Below are positions 19,168 through 28,540 of a DNA stretch of 64,000 bases, piece by piece; the stretch's first letter is position 1; each line of letters starts with the position of its first letter. The DNA is from Longimicrobiales bacterium (GTDB lineage Bacteria > Gemmatimonadota > Gemmatimonadetes > Longimicrobiales > Gaopeijiaceae), in the NCBI GenBank assembly GCA_965249725.1, contig OZ252251.1:224001-288000 (forward strand), read 5' to 3'. A model generated the notes under the pieces. The model was not told the origin of the DNA and made no database searches. It worked only from the letters and a program-made list of their open reading frames with translations. The position numbers were made by a program, and so were the translations under genes.

Positions 19168-19196
19168 TTGACAATGCTTGAGCACTTGACTAGTTT
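19168..19196 (+). promoter_or_regulatory. Sigma70-like promoter of the transposase
   Basis: TTGACA-N17-TAGTTT ending 5 nt before ATG 19202; near-palindrome TGCTTGAGCA in the spacer. Confidence 0.6.
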
Positions 19197-19201
19197 CCAT
19201 C

Positions 19202-20067
19202 ATGAACAGACTCTCAGACGCCAAGCGCGCAGCAATCCTCCGGTGCCTAACCGAAGGCAATTCCATCCGGTCCACGGCCCGCATTACGGGCACCGTGAAA
19301 GCCACCGTCCTAAAGCTGTTGGTCGAGGCAGGCGAGTTCTGCTCGAACTATCAGGACCAGGTTTTGCGGGATCTGGACTGCAAGCGCATCGAAGCCGACG
19401 AAATTTGGGCCTTCATTGGAGCCAAGCAGAGGAACGCGAAGAAGGCCGGGGACGGCGACATTTGGACGTTCACCGCCATTGATCCCGATTCCAAGTTGAT
19501 GGTCGCGTGGTTCGTTGGTGACAGAAGCCCCGAGAGCGCCACCATGTTCATGGGGGATCTGGCGTCACGGGTCTCAGGGAAGATCCAGCTAACGACGGAC
19601 GGCCACGGGATGTACCTGACCGCCGTTCGTGCGGCCTTCGACTTCCGCAACATCGACTACGCTCAGGTGGTGAAGCAATTCGGCCAGCCGGGCTCCACCG
19701 AGGAACAACGGCGCTACTCACCAGCGACACGCACTGGAGCCAAGAAAATCAGGAAGATCGGAAACCCCAACCCGGACCTGATCTCAACATCCATATCGTG
19801 GAGCGCAGCAACCTCCAGCTTCGGATGTCTTCGCGACGCTTCACCCGTTTGACGAGCGGATTCAGCCGGAAGGCCGAGAATCATGCGCACGCGGTCAGCC
19901 TCACCTTCATGGCGTACAATTTCTGCACGCCTCACGGAACGCTCACAAAGGGGCGTGGTGGCCTCAAGACCACTCCAGCGATGGCCGCTGGCATTACTAA
20001 TCGTCCGTGGCATATCGAGGACATCCTGGCCCTTATGGAATCCTACCGCGTTGGAAATTCAAAATGA
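19202..20067 (+). pseudogene. IS1-family DDE transposase, frameshifted at ~19792-19797
   Basis: N-terminal HTH (EGNSIRSTARITG), ADEIWAF, TTDG, then ISTS / VERSNLQLRM..RRFTRLT.GFS in another frame; stop lies inside the right TIR. Confidence 0.85.
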
Positions 20068-20076
20068 CCCACTACC
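20056..20076 (-). repeat. Right terminal inverted repeat
   Basis: AATTCAAAATGACCCACTACC followed by the TSD CGACGGTG. Confidence 0.95.
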
Positions 20077-20197
20077 CGACGGTGAAGACGGGGCGGTGGT
20101 GTTGTGTCTGTACAGGGATGCCCAGCTCGGCGAGCCGCCGAAAGACGTCGTCCGGTGTCGCCGGTGGCGATCCGTCGATGAGTCGGCCGGGTTCCAT
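20077..20197 (-). pseudogene. ProX/PrdX deacylase, 5' fragment
   Basis: MEPGRL...FRRLAELGIPVQTQHHRPVFTV; joins the 3' fragment in frame when the IS and one TSD copy are removed (177 aa). Confidence 0.88.
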
Positions 20198-20283
20198 CAG
20201 TTGCTCGCCCCTCTCATGGCACTGCCCCGGTACCCGGTGGATCACTAGATTGATGCCTCATCGATTCACCCGCGGAGAAGCAC

Positions 20284-20484
20284 GTGTCCATCGTATCCTT
20301 CCATCGAATCCTCATCGCGGTGGCGATCCTCTTTTGTGCCGGCTACGGCGGGTATGAACTCGTGGGCTTCTCCAGAGAAGGCGGCACTGGAGCCCTGGTG
20401 CTCGGGGGCGTCTTTCTGATTCTCGCCGTAGCTCTCTCATACTACCTCTGGCGCCTCAACCGCTTTCTTGGCTACGAGGAATAG
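20284..20484 (+). CDS. Small two-TM membrane protein
   Basis: GTG start with GGAG RBS; two hydrophobic helices. Confidence 0.7.
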   Translation: MSIVSFHRILIAVAILFCAGYGGYELVGFSREGGTGALVLGGVFLILAVALSYYLWRLNRFLGYEE

Positions 20485-20487
20485 GCG

Positions 20488-23400
20488 TCACTCGTCATTT
20501 CCGCCGGGCGGCGGAGGTGGCGTCGACTCCTCGGGCTTAGGCGCCCCGGCCGGCGTCCGCTCCCAGTAGAATGGCATCCGCTCTCGGGGACGGTTCCCGA
20601 TCTCATTCATGTCCTCGTCAAAGAGTCGCCCGTTGACCATGACCATGTTCACGGATTCGGAGTTTCGGATCGAATCCACCGGGTTCTCGTTCAAGACGAC
20701 CAGATCGGCCAACTTGCCGACCTCGAGCGAGCCGACGTCGCCGTCCAGGCCGAGATAGCGGGCCCCGTTCAGCGTACCCACTCGTAGCGCCTCCACCTCG
20801 GTCATTCCGCCCTGCACGAACATCCAGAGCTCCCAATGTGCCCCAAGACCCTGCATCTGCCCGTGGGCGCCCAACGTGACCAATCCACCCGCGTCTTGGA
20901 TGGCCTTGGCCCCTCGGGCGATGGCGACATGGTTGAAGTCGTCGTCTCCGGCCGCCATGACCCGCCGACGCGAGCGTGGGTCGACCACGTCGCGGGGGAC
21001 GAAGCGGAGCAGCCGCTCATTCGCCCAGACGTTGGTGCGCTCGTACCAGTAGTTCTCTCCTGTGAGCCCCCCGTAGCCGACGACCAGGGTGGGCGTGTAC
21101 CCGGTGGAGCTCTGTCCGAAGAGTTGGGCCAGATCGTCGTAGACCACCGGCACCGGTAGGGAATGCTCCACTCCGGTGTGGCCGTCGAGGACCATGGTCA
21201 TGTTGTTATAGACCAGCGATCCGCCTTCGGGCACGACCATCATCTCGAGCTGGCGGCCCGCCTTGATGATCCGCTGCCGAGCGTCGCGTCGCCGCTGGTT
21301 GTAGCTCTTCACGCTGAATGCGCCGACAGCCTTCATGCGAGCCACATGCCGCGAGGCGTCCTCGCCACTGGTGACCAACGCTCTGCCCGCCGTCTCCGCC
21401 CCGTACAGGATGGCGCCCGTCGAGAAGAGGCGCGGCCCGACCTTCTCGCCGGCCCTGATCATCTCCGAATTGGTGAACACGGTGGCGGTGTTGCTCGAGG
21501 GGTCGTGCGACGTCGTGACCCCGTAAGCGAGGTTCGCCAGGAAGGACCAGTTGGTCTCCGCGGTTATCCCGCCTGAGGCCCCCCGCACGTGGGCGTGCAC
21601 GTCGACGATTCCCGGTATGATCGTCTTGCCCGTGACGTCCACCCGGAGGGCGTCCGTGGGCACGGCGACTCTGTTGGTGGGGCCCAGGGCCGTGATCCGA
21701 TTACCGGTCACGACGATGGTGCCCCTCTCGATCACTCCGCCATCCTCTCCCGAATCGGCTCCGAGTGGGATGATGCGTGCGTCGACCAGGGCGACCACAC
21801 CCGACGGGACATCACTGGCGAGGGAGAACCCGATTTCGAGGCCGCCGCCCTCGGGATCGGCCGGCCCACCGGAGCCGCCGCGCACGAAGGTGAACGTCTC
21901 CCTGAGGTCCCGTGTGAAGTACTCGGGCCCCAGGCTCCAGTGGAGAGATCGTCCATCCCCCGACCAGTGCAGGTAGTCCCCCGTGTTCTCGGACACCTGG
22001 GCTACGGGAAAACCCTCTTGGCCGGGGCCGAGCGTGACCGTTCGTCCGGAGCGGGGGAAGGTCGCAAGGTAGGTGCGGAACCGCTCCGTGAACGCGACCC
22101 AGTTCCCGTCGGGCGACGGGATGATCTGCGTGGCGTTGTCCGACCTGAAGTGGACCACCTCGTCCCCGCCGTGAACGTCGACACTGAGGAGTACCCGGTC
22201 TCCATTCGCCGTGTCGTTGAGGAAGATTCGCTCCCCCGTGGGATCGAACATGGGCCTGGTTCCGCTCCGACGGACTCGGCGGGGTTCCTCCGACCCATCG
22301 ACCGGGACGATGAAAATGCCCGGATTCTCGCCATGCGTCGGGCCGCGGACCTGGTCTCCTCCGGTGGACCGGTACACCAGCCAGAGGCCGTCGGGCGAGA
22401 AGGAGGGCTCGGTGTAGTGGCCGGGGGTCGTCACGGCGTCTCGCCCCCCACTCCCGTCCGAACGCACGACCCTGACGCGGCCCTTGTCTGCATCGGTCCA
22501 GGTGGCGTAGGCGATCCACTCGTCGTCGGGTGAGAACGAAGGAGCGAATTCGATCGCGTCGGCTCGTGTCAGCCGCCGGGGAGTCTCCAGGGGCAGCTCC
22601 TTGAGGTATAACTTGCCGATCGCCGAATAGGCCACGGACCGACCGCCCGGAGAGGTGGTGACGTCGCGCAGCATGCGCACGTCGAAGTTCTCGGGAGCGA
22701 CCTCTTGCTGGAATCGAAGTCCCTGGTGGACGGTCTGATCCACCTGGGCGGTGAACGGAATGATGTTGGCCTCGCCGGTGGACGTATCCACCCGCCAGAT
22801 CTTGCCCTGCCCCCAGATGACGATCGCGCTTCCGTCGGGCGTCCAGTCGTACTGGGTGTAGACGCCATGGATCGCCCAGGCCTCCTGCATGTCGCGGTCG
22901 AGCCCGTCGAAGAGTGGCCACTCCTCTCCTGTCTCGAGGTCGTGCAGGAACAACACGGACTGGAGGCGGACCCGTTTGATGAAGGCCAGCTTGGTGCCGT
23001 CGGGCGAGGGCCTCGGGGTGATGGACCCTCCGGGCCGGCGCGCCACGGCCCTCTCCTCGCCCGTGGTGAGGTCACGGCGGTAGATGGAGTAGATGTTCTG
23101 GTAGACGTTCTTGTCGTACTGGAAGAGCTGGCCCGGGTAGACATTGCGGCTGTAGTAGAGGAAGCGCCCATCCGCCGAGGCGACCGGCTCTCCCTGGTCC
23201 TTCTGCCACCCGTCCCGCTCGGTCACCTGCAGGCCCGCTCCTCCGCTCACGTGGTACATCCACACTTCACCGGCTCCGAGTGACCGCGTGTCGACGAAGT
23301 GTTTTCGGACGTAGACGTACTGACCGTCCGCGCTCCACGCGGGGCTGTTCACCTCCCGATCCCCCTCTTCGGACACCTGGCGGGGGTTCGATCCGTCCGG

Positions 23401-23796
23401 ATCAATGAGCCACATGTTGAAGTTGCCGTCCCGATCGCTGATGAACGCGATGCTCGATCCATCGGGACTGAAGCGGGGCTGCATATCGAACGCCTGTCCC
23501 GACGAAATGCGCGTAGACAGGCCGCCCGTAATCGGCATGACGTAGAGATCGCCGAGCAGGTCGAACACCAGCGACCGGCCATCCGGGCTGACGTCGACGT
23601 TCATCCAGGTCCCCTCGTCCGTCTCGAACGAGACCTGGGTCGCGGGGCCCAGGGACTGGTCGACGTTCCAGGGGACCTGCTCGGCAGGGGCTGCAGTCGC
23701 GGCGCCTGCCACTGTGGCGTCTTGGGCCGAGATCGACCCTGCCGCCGGGAGGGCCACAAGCGTGGTGGCGATCAAGATCGACATCGACTGGGTCAT
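20488..23796 (-). CDS. Secreted amidohydrolase with PD40/TolB-like propeller
   Basis: Signal peptide, EGTWMNVDVSPDG, multiple SPDG repeats, PGIVDVHAH, GAHGQ..GLG.HWE, GSLEVGKLADLVVL. Confidence 0.9.
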   Translation of the reverse strand: MTQSMSILIATTLVALPAAGSISAQDATVAGAATAAPAEQVPWNVDQSLGPATQVSFETDEGTWMNVDVSPDGRSLVFDLLGDLYVMPITGGLSTRISSGQAFDMQPRFSPDGSSIAFISDRDGNFNMWLIDPDGSNPRQVSEEGDREVNSPAWSADGQYVYVRKHFVDTRSLGAGEVWMYHVSGGAGLQVTERDGWQKDQGEPVASADGRFLYYSRNVYPGQLFQYDKNVYQNIYSIYRRDLTTGEERAVARRPGGSITPRPSPDGTKLAFIKRVRLQSVLFLHDLETGEEWPLFDGLDRDMQEAWAIHGVYTQYDWTPDGSAIVIWGQGKIWRVDTSTGEANIIPFTAQVDQTVHQGLRFQQEVAPENFDVRMLRDVTTSPGGRSVAYSAIGKLYLKELPLETPRRLTRADAIEFAPSFSPDDEWIAYATWTDADKGRVRVVRSDGSGGRDAVTTPGHYTEPSFSPDGLWLVYRSTGGDQVRGPTHGENPGIFIVPVDGSEEPRRVRRSGTRPMFDPTGERIFLNDTANGDRVLLSVDVHGGDEVVHFRSDNATQIIPSPDGNWVAFTERFRTYLATFPRSGRTVTLGPGQEGFPVAQVSENTGDYLHWSGDGRSLHWSLGPEYFTRDLRETFTFVRGGSGGPADPEGGGLEIGFSLASDVPSGVVALVDARIIPLGADSGEDGGVIERGTIVVTGNRITALGPTNRVAVPTDALRVDVTGKTIIPGIVDVHAHVRGASGGITAETNWSFLANLAYGVTTSHDPSSNTATVFTNSEMIRAGEKVGPRLFSTGAILYGAETAGRALVTSGEDASRHVARMKAVGAFSVKSYNQRRRDARQRIIKAGRQLEMMVVPEGGSLVYNNMTMVLDGHTGVEHSLPVPVVYDDLAQLFGQSSTGYTPTLVVGYGGLTGENYWYERTNVWANERLLRFVPRDVVDPRSRRRVMAAGDDDFNHVAIARGAKAIQDAGGLVTLGAHGQMQGLGAHWELWMFVQGGMTEVEALRVGTLNGARYLGLDGDVGSLEVGKLADLVVLNENPVDSIRNSESVNMVMVNGRLFDEDMNEIGNRPRERMPFYWERTPAGAPKPEESTPPPPPGGNDE

Positions 23797-23868
23797 GATA
23801 TCCTCTGCAAGCCCACAGGGAGCACTTTCATTGACGTTCGCGCAATTGTAACCCACTCCGAAGGTACC

Positions 23869-23898
23869 AAAAACGCCCCGGGCGAGTGCCCGGGGCGT
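23869..23898 (-). terminator. Rho-independent terminator closing the respiratory operon
   Basis: CGCCCCGGGC-GAGT-GCCCGGGGCG hairpin followed by T5 on the minus strand. Confidence 0.85.
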
Positions 23899-23925
23899 AG
23901 GAGTCTCTCGGCACGCTCGATCGTG

Positions 23926-24888
23926 CTAGTCCGTCTTGTCCAACGGTCTCTCCGAAAGGACTTTCCGGAGCTTCGGGTGCTTGATCCACAGGTACCATCC
24001 CATGGAGACCGACGCCAACAGATTCCCGACTGCGATCGCCCACCATGCGAGGGGTCCGAGTAGGAACTCGGCTGCCAGCGCCATAAGCCCCATGAAGAAC
24101 GCCTCGAAGGCCACGAAGAGCATCACCCCGGCCAGGATCAGAGGCGGTGTGTCCTCGGCGTAGCAGGCGATGACGGCCGCCACGAAGCCCGTTCCGATAA
24201 AGGCGCCGAAATGAACGATGCTGTAGCCCAGCACGGTGGCGCTCGACACGTTCACGGCACTCAGGTCGGTGGACCCTAGGAAGAGCGCGGAGCCCAAGGC
24301 TCCCGGTGTGAAGAACGGCTGCCCTCGCCCCATATCGATGATCAGGAACCAAATGGCGACGACCCCGGCTCCGATGAGCCCCGAGACCAACCCCTCCTTG
24401 ATGATCCGGTGCTGTCCCAGAACGGACCACCAGGACACCGGCGGCGTCGCTCCGGTCAGGTGGAGGAAGCCCATCAGGACGACCCCTGCGATGAGATTGC
24501 CGGCCAGTACCGCGGGCCAGCCGAGCTCTCCGACCACATCCACCCCAGTGATCGACACGCTCGTGTAGAAGACCATGTCGAACAGGGCGAATCCGAGAAC
24601 CAGCCCGAGAAAGACGTTGGGGGCCGTGTAGATCTTCGACAGTGTCCACGACACCAGAAGCCCTACCCCGATGAACGCCGCGTAGTGGATGAACGTGTAG
24701 AGAAGGACCGGCCCCAGGCTGCTGCCGATGTCACCGGTACCGAGGAGGGCGCCGGCCAGGAACGCGGGCGTCCGGAACGGCTCCCCCTGCGAGCCGTCGA
24801 TGACCAAGAACCAGAAGGCGAGGGCCGTGGCGCCGAGGAGTCCGGCCACGACCCCCCGGGGGATCACACCCTTGAATCGCGGCGTCAT
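23926..24888 (-). CDS. Membrane protein with internal duplication
   Basis: Two homologous halves (AGLLGATALAFWFLVID..GEPFRTP..L and SGLIGAGVVAIWFLIID..GQPFFTP..LG), ~8 TMs. Confidence 0.8.
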   Translation of the reverse strand: MTPRFKGVIPRGVVAGLLGATALAFWFLVIDGSQGEPFRTPAFLAGALLGTGDIGSSLGPVLLYTFIHYAAFIGVGLLVSWTLSKIYTAPNVFLGLVLGFALFDMVFYTSVSITGVDVVGELGWPAVLAGNLIAGVVLMGFLHLTGATPPVSWWSVLGQHRIIKEGLVSGLIGAGVVAIWFLIIDMGRGQPFFTPGALGSALFLGSTDLSAVNVSSATVLGYSIVHFGAFIGTGFVAAVIACYAEDTPPLILAGVMLFVAFEAFFMGLMALAAEFLLGPLAWWAIAVGNLLASVSMGWYLWIKHPKLRKVLSERPLDKTD

Positions 24889-25040
24889 GGCGTCTTGCTC
24901 GGCGGAGACGATTCGGCCAGCAGGCGGTCCTTCTTGAACTCCTTGTAGAAGAAGACGAAGAACGCCACGCCCACGGAGACGGGCACGACGGCCATCAGCA
25001 AGCCGCCTAGGAACATCCCGAGTCGCAGTCCCTCGTTCAA
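24885..25040 (-). CDS. Small single-TM protein (51 aa), missing from the ORF track
   Basis: TTG start with GGAG RBS; MNEGLRLGMFLGGLLMAVVPVSVGVAFFVFFYKEFKKDR...; ATGA overlap with the next gene; fills the gap exactly. Confidence 0.75.
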   Translation of the reverse strand: MNEGLRLGMFLGGLLMAVVPVSVGVAFFVFFYKEFKKDRLLAESSPPSKTP

Positions 25041-25041
25041 T

Positions 25042-25308
25042 CTAGAACTCCGTTATGACGGCCAGGACCAGGATTGCGGCCAGCGGAAGCGGTGAAACCG
25101 CCAACACCCAAAGGCGCCGAGGCTCGTAGCGGAGATGCATGTAGTACATGGCCACCAGCACGGCCTTCCAAAGGGCCATGATGATCAATCCCGAGGCCAA
25201 CCAGAGCTTGGGCAGGTCCATGAAGGCGTACCCGACCTCGCCCAAGGTCAGCACGAGGAGGACGAACCAGATCAGGACATAACGCGGCGGTTCAGCATGC
25301 TCTGACAT
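25042..25308 (-). CDS. Cytochrome c oxidase subunit IV family protein
   Basis: KAVLVAMYYMHLRYE motif; three TMs. Confidence 0.85.
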   Translation of the reverse strand: MSEHAEPPRYVLIWFVLLVLTLGEVGYAFMDLPKLWLASGLIIMALWKAVLVAMYYMHLRYEPRRLWVLAVSPLPLAAILVLAVITEF

Positions 25309-25317
25309 TATTCCTCC

Positions 25318-25974
25318 TCAGATCAGGTAGACGATGGTGAAGAGAATGATCCACACCAAGTCCACGAAGTGCCAATAGAGACCTATCACCTCGACGCCCT
25401 GATGATCCTCCTTGGTATATCCTCCACGGAGCGCTTTTACATATACGAAAATCAGGGCGAGTACGCCAAGGGTGACGTGTGCGCCGTGAAAGCCCGTCAT
25501 GGCGTAGAAGGTCGCCCCGTACAGGGGCCCACCGAGCGACGGACCCTCGTGCGGGTTACCGCGGCCCACGGCGTGGTAGGCGTCCACCGCGGGAAGGAAT
25601 CCCTCGCCGGATAGCGCGAGGTACTCGATGGCCTGGATCCCTACGAAAGACGCCCCGATGATGATCGTCGCCAATAGCCAGAGCTTGAGACCCTTCTGGT
25701 CTCCGTGCTCAACGGCCGCGAACGCCTTCACCATCGTCACCGAGGAACAGATCAGGAAGAAGGTGTTCAAGGCGGTGAGGGGCACGTTAAGCACGACTCC
25801 CGGGTCCGCCCAATGCTCGGGATGTGCGAAGCGCAGGATGATGTACGACCCGATCAGCGAAGTGAAGAACATCACCTCGCTGAGCAGGAACACCCACATG
25901 CCCAGTTTCTTGTTGTAGACCTTCATGCCGGGCATGGGCCTACGGTCCATCGTCGCGGTTGCAGCGTGGCTCAC
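25318..25974 (-). CDS. coxC: Cytochrome c oxidase subunit III (second copy)
   Basis: FLLSEVMFF, TGFHGAHV, GLYWHFVDLVW. Confidence 0.95.
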   Translation of the reverse strand: MSHAATATMDRRPMPGMKVYNKKLGMWVFLLSEVMFFTSLIGSYIILRFAHPEHWADPGVVLNVPLTALNTFFLICSSVTMVKAFAAVEHGDQKGLKLWLLATIIIGASFVGIQAIEYLALSGEGFLPAVDAYHAVGRGNPHEGPSLGGPLYGATFYAMTGFHGAHVTLGVLALIFVYVKALRGGYTKEDHQGVEVIGLYWHFVDLVWIILFTIVYLI

Positions 25975-25977
25975 AGG

Positions 25978-27768
25978 TCAGTCTCCTGGCACGGGTTCAA
26001 GCGTGGGCGCTTCGACGCTCTGTCCACCTGAATCACTCGTGGGTGGCGGTTCGTCTTGCGGATAGAAGTCCGACTCCCGACTGGGATCGCTGTACTCGTA
26101 GGGCCCACGGTAGACGATCGGCATCTGCGGGAAATTTCCGTGGGGTGGCGGCGACGGAACGGTCCACTCGAGCGTGGTGCTCTTCCACGGATTATTGCCG
26201 GCCTCCCTGCCCTTCTTCAGGCTCCACAGGAAGTTGAAGGCGAAGATGGCCTGGGCGCCGGCGAAGATGAACATGTTGATGGTGATGAACGTGTTGGTCG
26301 GCTGCAGAGCCTGCAGGAACTCGTACTGGTTGGGGTCGTAGATCCGGCGCATCATCCCTTGGACCCCCAGGTTGTGCATGGGGAAGAACGTCAGGTTGTA
26401 GAAGATGAACGAAAGAACCCAGTGTACCTTGCCCCACCCCTCGTGCATCAGTCGGCCGAACATCTTCGGATACCAGAAGGTGATGCCGGCGAAGAGCCCG
26501 AAAAGGGAGCCGCCCACCAGTACGTAGTGGAGGTGTGCCACGATGAAGTACGTGTCGTGGATGTAGATGTCGACTGGCGCGACGGCCATGAAGATGCCCG
26601 ACAACCCGCCGATGATGAACAACGACACGAAGGAAATGGCGTGAAGGAGAGGCGTATCGATGTGGATGTTCCCTCGCCACAGGGTGCCGAGCCAGTTGAA
26701 CGTCTTGATGGCCGACGGCACGGCGATCACCACCGTGGTCGCCATGAACGTCATTCCCAGCATGGGGTTCATGCCGCTCTGGAACATGTGATGGCCCCAG
26801 ACGATCCACCCCAGGAAGGCGATCGACGCCAGGGCGAGTACCATGGCGTGGTATCCGAAAATAGGCTTCCGTGACCTGCAGGCGATGACGTCGGACACGA
26901 TGCCCATGGCCGGGAGAATCAGGATGTAGACCTCGGGGTGGCCGAAGAACCAGAAAATGTGCTGCCAAAGGAGCGGCTCTCCGCTGCCCTCCAGGCGGAA
27001 GAAGGCCGTGCCGATGGTCTGGTCGAACAGCAGAAGGATCAGTCCGCCGGTCAGGATCGGTACCGCCAGCAGGAGCAACCAGGCCGTGACGAAGAGAGAC
27101 CAGGTCGCCAGGGGAATCCGGAACCAGGTCATCCCCGGAGCCCGCATGTTGATCACGGTGGAGACGTAGTTGATGGCGCCCGTAATGGACGAGAACCCCA
27201 CGATGATGAGGCTGACGAGCCAGAGGATCTGGCCCATGTAGACGCCGGTCCACTCACCCGACGTGCTCAACGGCGCGTAGGACGTCCAACCGGCTCCAGC
27301 CGCTCCGCCTTCAACGAAGAAGCTGGCCAGCATGATCACACCGGCAACCGGGGTGATCCAGAACGACAACATGTTGAGGCGTGGGAACGCCATGTCCTCC
27401 GCGCCGATCTGAAGTGGAATCAGCAAGTTGCCGAAGACGCCCGCCAACATCGGCATGAGCGCGAAGAACACCATGAACGTGGCGTGCATCGTCACCAGCG
27501 AGTTGTAGAACTCGGGGAGAATGATGCCGCCGGGCGCCATGGCTTCGGGTAGGAGGTTGCCCAAGGGCATCGGCTGGCTCGGGAACCCGAGCTGCCAGCG
27601 CACCATTCCCGCCAGAATGCCACCCACCAGCAGGAAGAACAGTGAAAGGAACAGGAACTGCCGCGCGATCATCTTGTGATCGGTAGAGAACACGTAGGTC
27701 TTGATGAATCCGAGGTCGTGGTGCTCCTCGTGACCAGTGTGCGTTTCGGCCGTCGCAGTCGTGCTCAT
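25978..27768 (-). CDS. coxA: Cytochrome c oxidase subunit I, family A1 (second copy)
   Basis: FSTDHK, TMHA, WFFGHPEVY, WGHHMF, HDTYFIVAHLHY; ATGA overlap gives a start at 27768. Confidence 0.96.
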   Translation of the reverse strand: MSTTATAETHTGHEEHHDLGFIKTYVFSTDHKMIARQFLFLSLFFLLVGGILAGMVRWQLGFPSQPMPLGNLLPEAMAPGGIILPEFYNSLVTMHATFMVFFALMPMLAGVFGNLLIPLQIGAEDMAFPRLNMLSFWITPVAGVIMLASFFVEGGAAGAGWTSYAPLSTSGEWTGVYMGQILWLVSLIIVGFSSITGAINYVSTVINMRAPGMTWFRIPLATWSLFVTAWLLLLAVPILTGGLILLLFDQTIGTAFFRLEGSGEPLLWQHIFWFFGHPEVYILILPAMGIVSDVIACRSRKPIFGYHAMVLALASIAFLGWIVWGHHMFQSGMNPMLGMTFMATTVVIAVPSAIKTFNWLGTLWRGNIHIDTPLLHAISFVSLFIIGGLSGIFMAVAPVDIYIHDTYFIVAHLHYVLVGGSLFGLFAGITFWYPKMFGRLMHEGWGKVHWVLSFIFYNLTFFPMHNLGVQGMMRRIYDPNQYEFLQALQPTNTFITINMFIFAGAQAIFAFNFLWSLKKGREAGNNPWKSTTLEWTVPSPPPHGNFPQMPIVYRGPYEYSDPSRESDFYPQDEPPPTSDSGGQSVEAPTLEPVPGD

Positions 27769-28457
27769 CGGTCGTCCTCCCCGGTGGCTTGCTGGCCAGC
27801 GAGCCAGGCTTGGAAGTCGGCCTGCGAATGGACCGTGATCGACCCCTTCATGCGGTAGTGCCCCAGCCCACACAACTCCGCGCAGGCGAGTGTGAACTCA
27901 CCCGTCCGGGTGGCTTCGAACCAGACCGGGGTGTTCATGCCGGGAACGGCGTCCTGCTTTACGCGGAACTCGGGAAGGAAGAAGGAGTGGATCACGTCTT
28001 CCGCTTGGAGATTCACTCGGACCGCTCGATCTACCGGAATGTGAAGTGCGTTCCGGGAGACGAAATCGTCTCCGGTGCCGAGTCGGCCGTCGGCCCCGGG
28101 GTACGTGGCGTTCCACTCGAACTGCTTCGCGAAGACATCGATCTCATAGGCGTCGGCGGGAATGCTCGCCGGATCCCGGATCTCGTCCCAGAGCCCCTTG
28201 GAGTAGATGGCCAGCCCCATCACGATGACGAATGGGGTAATGGTCCAAATGACCTCGGCCTTGTTGCTCCCGTGGATGTAAGCGGCCTTTCGGCCCTCTT
28301 TGTGGCGGTATTTCACCAGAAACACCACCAACGTGATCTCCGTTATGAAGAACACGATGCCCGTAATCCACAGGATCACGTAGTAGAGGTTGTCCAGGGC
28401 CGGTCCGAAAGTGGACACGGTCTCTGGCATGAGCCACGAAAAGTTCATCCGATTCAC
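27765..28457 (-). CDS. coxB: Cytochrome c oxidase subunit II without cytochrome c domain (second copy)
   Basis: Two TMs, KQFEW, CuA ligands HSFF...CAELCGLGHYRM; no CxxCH. Confidence 0.94.
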   Translation of the reverse strand: MNRMNFSWLMPETVSTFGPALDNLYYVILWITGIVFFITEITLVVFLVKYRHKEGRKAAYIHGSNKAEVIWTITPFVIVMGLAIYSKGLWDEIRDPASIPADAYEIDVFAKQFEWNATYPGADGRLGTGDDFVSRNALHIPVDRAVRVNLQAEDVIHSFFLPEFRVKQDAVPGMNTPVWFEATRTGEFTLACAELCGLGHYRMKGSITVHSQADFQAWLAGQQATGEDDR

Positions 28458-28540
28458 TCTCCCGAGCGGGGATCGATCATACCAACACGACGAACTGGGT
28501 CCGCCGACCGCGAGCGAGCGACGGACCCAGCATGTTCGTT

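Larger units (their letters stand above)
17033..20076 (+). mobile_element. IS1-family element with passenger genes (3044 bp)
   Basis: Perfect 21-bp TIRs GGTAGTGGGTCATTTTGAATT (17033-17053 and 20056-20076), 8-bp TSD CGACGGTG (17025-17032 and 20077-20084), IS1-type DDE transposase at the right end, visibly more AT-rich than the flanks. Confidence 0.93.

Noticed and set aside
19780..19800. Programmed -1 frameshift as in IS1 insA/insB
   Set aside because: No A6C slippery sequence, and the break is inside the catalytic domain rather than after the DNA-binding domain.
28495..28530. Inverted repeat CTGGGTCCG...CGGACCCAG upstream of the second coxB
   Set aside because: No U-tract, so not called as a terminator; probably an ordinary mRNA stem.
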